The notes below the pieces were generated by a model. The model saw only the letters and a program-made list of their open reading frames with translations, had not been told where the DNA came from and did not search any database. Both the position numbers and the translations under genes were made by a program. Of a stretch of 64,000 nt of DNA, positions 62,290 through 64,000 are shown one piece after another; position 1 is the stretch's first letter; each line of letters starts with the position of its first letter. Source of the stretch: Mobula hypostoma (taxonomy: Eukaryota); contig NC_086097.1 in the NCBI RefSeq assembly GCF_963921235.1, forward strand, positions 189,040,001 through 189,104,000. Direction: 5' to 3'.

Positions 62290-63590
62290 TGATTTAAATA
62301 CCGGAAGTGTTCCTGTGCAGGTCTGGCGAAGAGTTTTTTAAAAAATCCATACTCTATAAAAGAGAGGTATCGCCTCGTGGAGCAATTATCATGGGTGCGG
62401 TTGTCGTCAGAGTAGCCTGAGGCAGAATAGTAAGGCTTTGGCTCAACAAGGCAACGGTGAGAACAGGTGGGGGCTAGTTAAGTAGGTAAGTGCATTCCTT
62501 ATTTACTATTTAAATCTTGAGAGAATAGCGGGTATGTTCACAGAGCCAGTGTTCTGCTCAGGGTGTCAGATGTGGGATTTCCGGGAGACTTCCAGCCTCC
62601 CCAGTGGCCACATCTGCACCAGGTGCATCGAGATGCAGCTTCTTAGCAGCTATGTTAGGGAACTGGAGCTGCAGCTCAGTGACCTTTGGCTCATTCAGGA
62701 AAGTAAAGCAGTGATAGACAGGAGCTACAGGGAGTTGGTCACCCCAAGGCTACAGGCGTCCAAGAAATGGATGACTGTCAGGAGAGGGAAGGGAGGATGC
62801 CAGATAGTGGAGAGGACCCCTGTGGCTGACTCCTCAACAATAAGTACTCCATTTTGAGTACTGTTGGGGGGACGATCTACCTGGGGGAAGCATCAGTGGC
62901 CGTGCCTCTGGCATTGAGTCTGGCCTTGTGGCACAGAAGGGTAGGGAACTGAAGAGAATGGCAATAGTAATAGATGATTCTATGGTCAGGGGGACAGATA
63001 GGTGATTTTGTGGATGTGAAAAGAAAATATGGATGGTAGTTTGCCTCCAAGGTGCCAGGGTCCTTGATGTTTGTGAACACGTCCGCAATGTCCTGAAAAG
63101 GGAGGGTGAGCAGCCAAAAGTCATGGTGCATATTGGTACCAATGACGTGGGTAGAAAAAGGGAGGAGGTCCTGAAAACAGAATACAGGGAGTTAGAAAGA
63201 AAGATGAGAAGCAGGTTCTCAAGGGTAGTAATCTCGGGATTGCTGCCTGTGCCAAGTGACAGAATGAGGTGGCAGATAAATGCATGGCTGAGGATTGAGC
63301 AGGGGGCAGACATTCAGATTTCTGGATAATTGGGGGCTCTTCTGATGCAGGTGGGACCTGTACAAAAAGGACAGGTTACACTCGAATCCCAGGGGGACTA
63401 ATATTCTTGTGGGCAGGTTTACTAGAGCTGTTAGGAGTAGTTTAAACTAATATGGCAGGGGGATGGGGACCAGTATGATAGAGCTGAGGATGAGCCAGCA
63501 GGTTTACAAGTAGGTGATGGGTGTAACATGAATGTAAGGAAGGACAAGCCAATGACTGGGTACAAATGCAGAGAGAGCCAAGAGTTAAGT
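62290..63590 (+). mobile_element. CR1 5' UTR + ORF1 (zinc-finger/esterase-type), truncated before ORF2
   Basis: ORFs 62534-62857 (CSGC...HICTRC) and 63033-63329 (VHIGTNDVG, VVISGLLP), homologous to 23930-24820. Confidence 0.9.
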
Positions 63591-64000
63591 TTTGCGGGAA
63601 CTTGGCTATAATCAGCACACCATTAGTGAGTTGAAGAGCAGGGAAGGTTCCAGCATAAAAAGGAGACACTGCCTAGTGGAGCGGTCATCGTCAGAGTGGC
63701 AGGGCTTTGGCTCATTCGGGCTTTAGCGAAAGCGGGCTTTGGTGAAATAAGTGGTTAAGTGGACAAGTGGACTTTGTTTTTCCTGGCATTTTTTTGAGGA
63801 ATAGAGAGCATGTCTGTAGGGTTAGTACTTTGCCCTGGGTGTCAGATGTGGGAATCCTGGGAATCTTCCAGTCTCCCAGATGGCCACATCTGCGCCAGGT
63901 GCACCGAGATGCAGCTTCTGAGAGACCGTGTTGGGGATCTGGAGCTGCAGCTTGATGATTTACAGCTTATTAGGGAAAGTGAGCAGGAGATAGAGAGGAG
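63591..64000 (+). mobile_element. Start of another CR1 (5' UTR + ORF1 N-terminus), runs off the window
   Basis: ATG at ~63809, then CPGCQMWE...HICARC, homologous to 62534-62720. Confidence 0.85.

Noticed and set aside
1..64000. CRISPR array, prokaryotic operon or endogenous virus gene
   Set aside because: No regularly spaced repeats and no long non-TE ORFs. The content is that of a vertebrate repeat-rich region.

Overview
Vertebrate genomic DNA, mostly transposable-element relics, with no host protein-coding gene I can support. The repeat mix (many CR1 LINE families, Rex1/Babar LINEs, tRNA/V-type SINEs, Penelope-like elements) suggests an intronic or intergenic region of a cartilaginous fish, probably a ray. 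That assignment is an inference. The long ORFs that can be recognised are retroelement fragments, and many others are their antisense shadows. Main points: (1) Penelope-like ends carry minimal hammerhead ribozymes, including two intact-looking cores in tandem inside a fold-back element (1588-1962) and a perfect core downstream of a GIY-YIG remnant (57570-57607). (2) An old local segmental duplication (13.4-16.2 kb vs 21.4-28.8 kb) received independent CR1 insertions at almost the same site in both copies. (3) A Gypsy LTR element has no integrase after RNase H (Gmr1-like order), with a PPT and a 5-bp TSD. (4) An internally deleted hAT transposon has a perfect 8-bp TSD. (5) A CR1-like LINE has its endonuclease ORF directly behind a decayed tRNA-like head. 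Boundaries of old elements are approximate, read by eye. Family names come from recognised motifs, not database searches.
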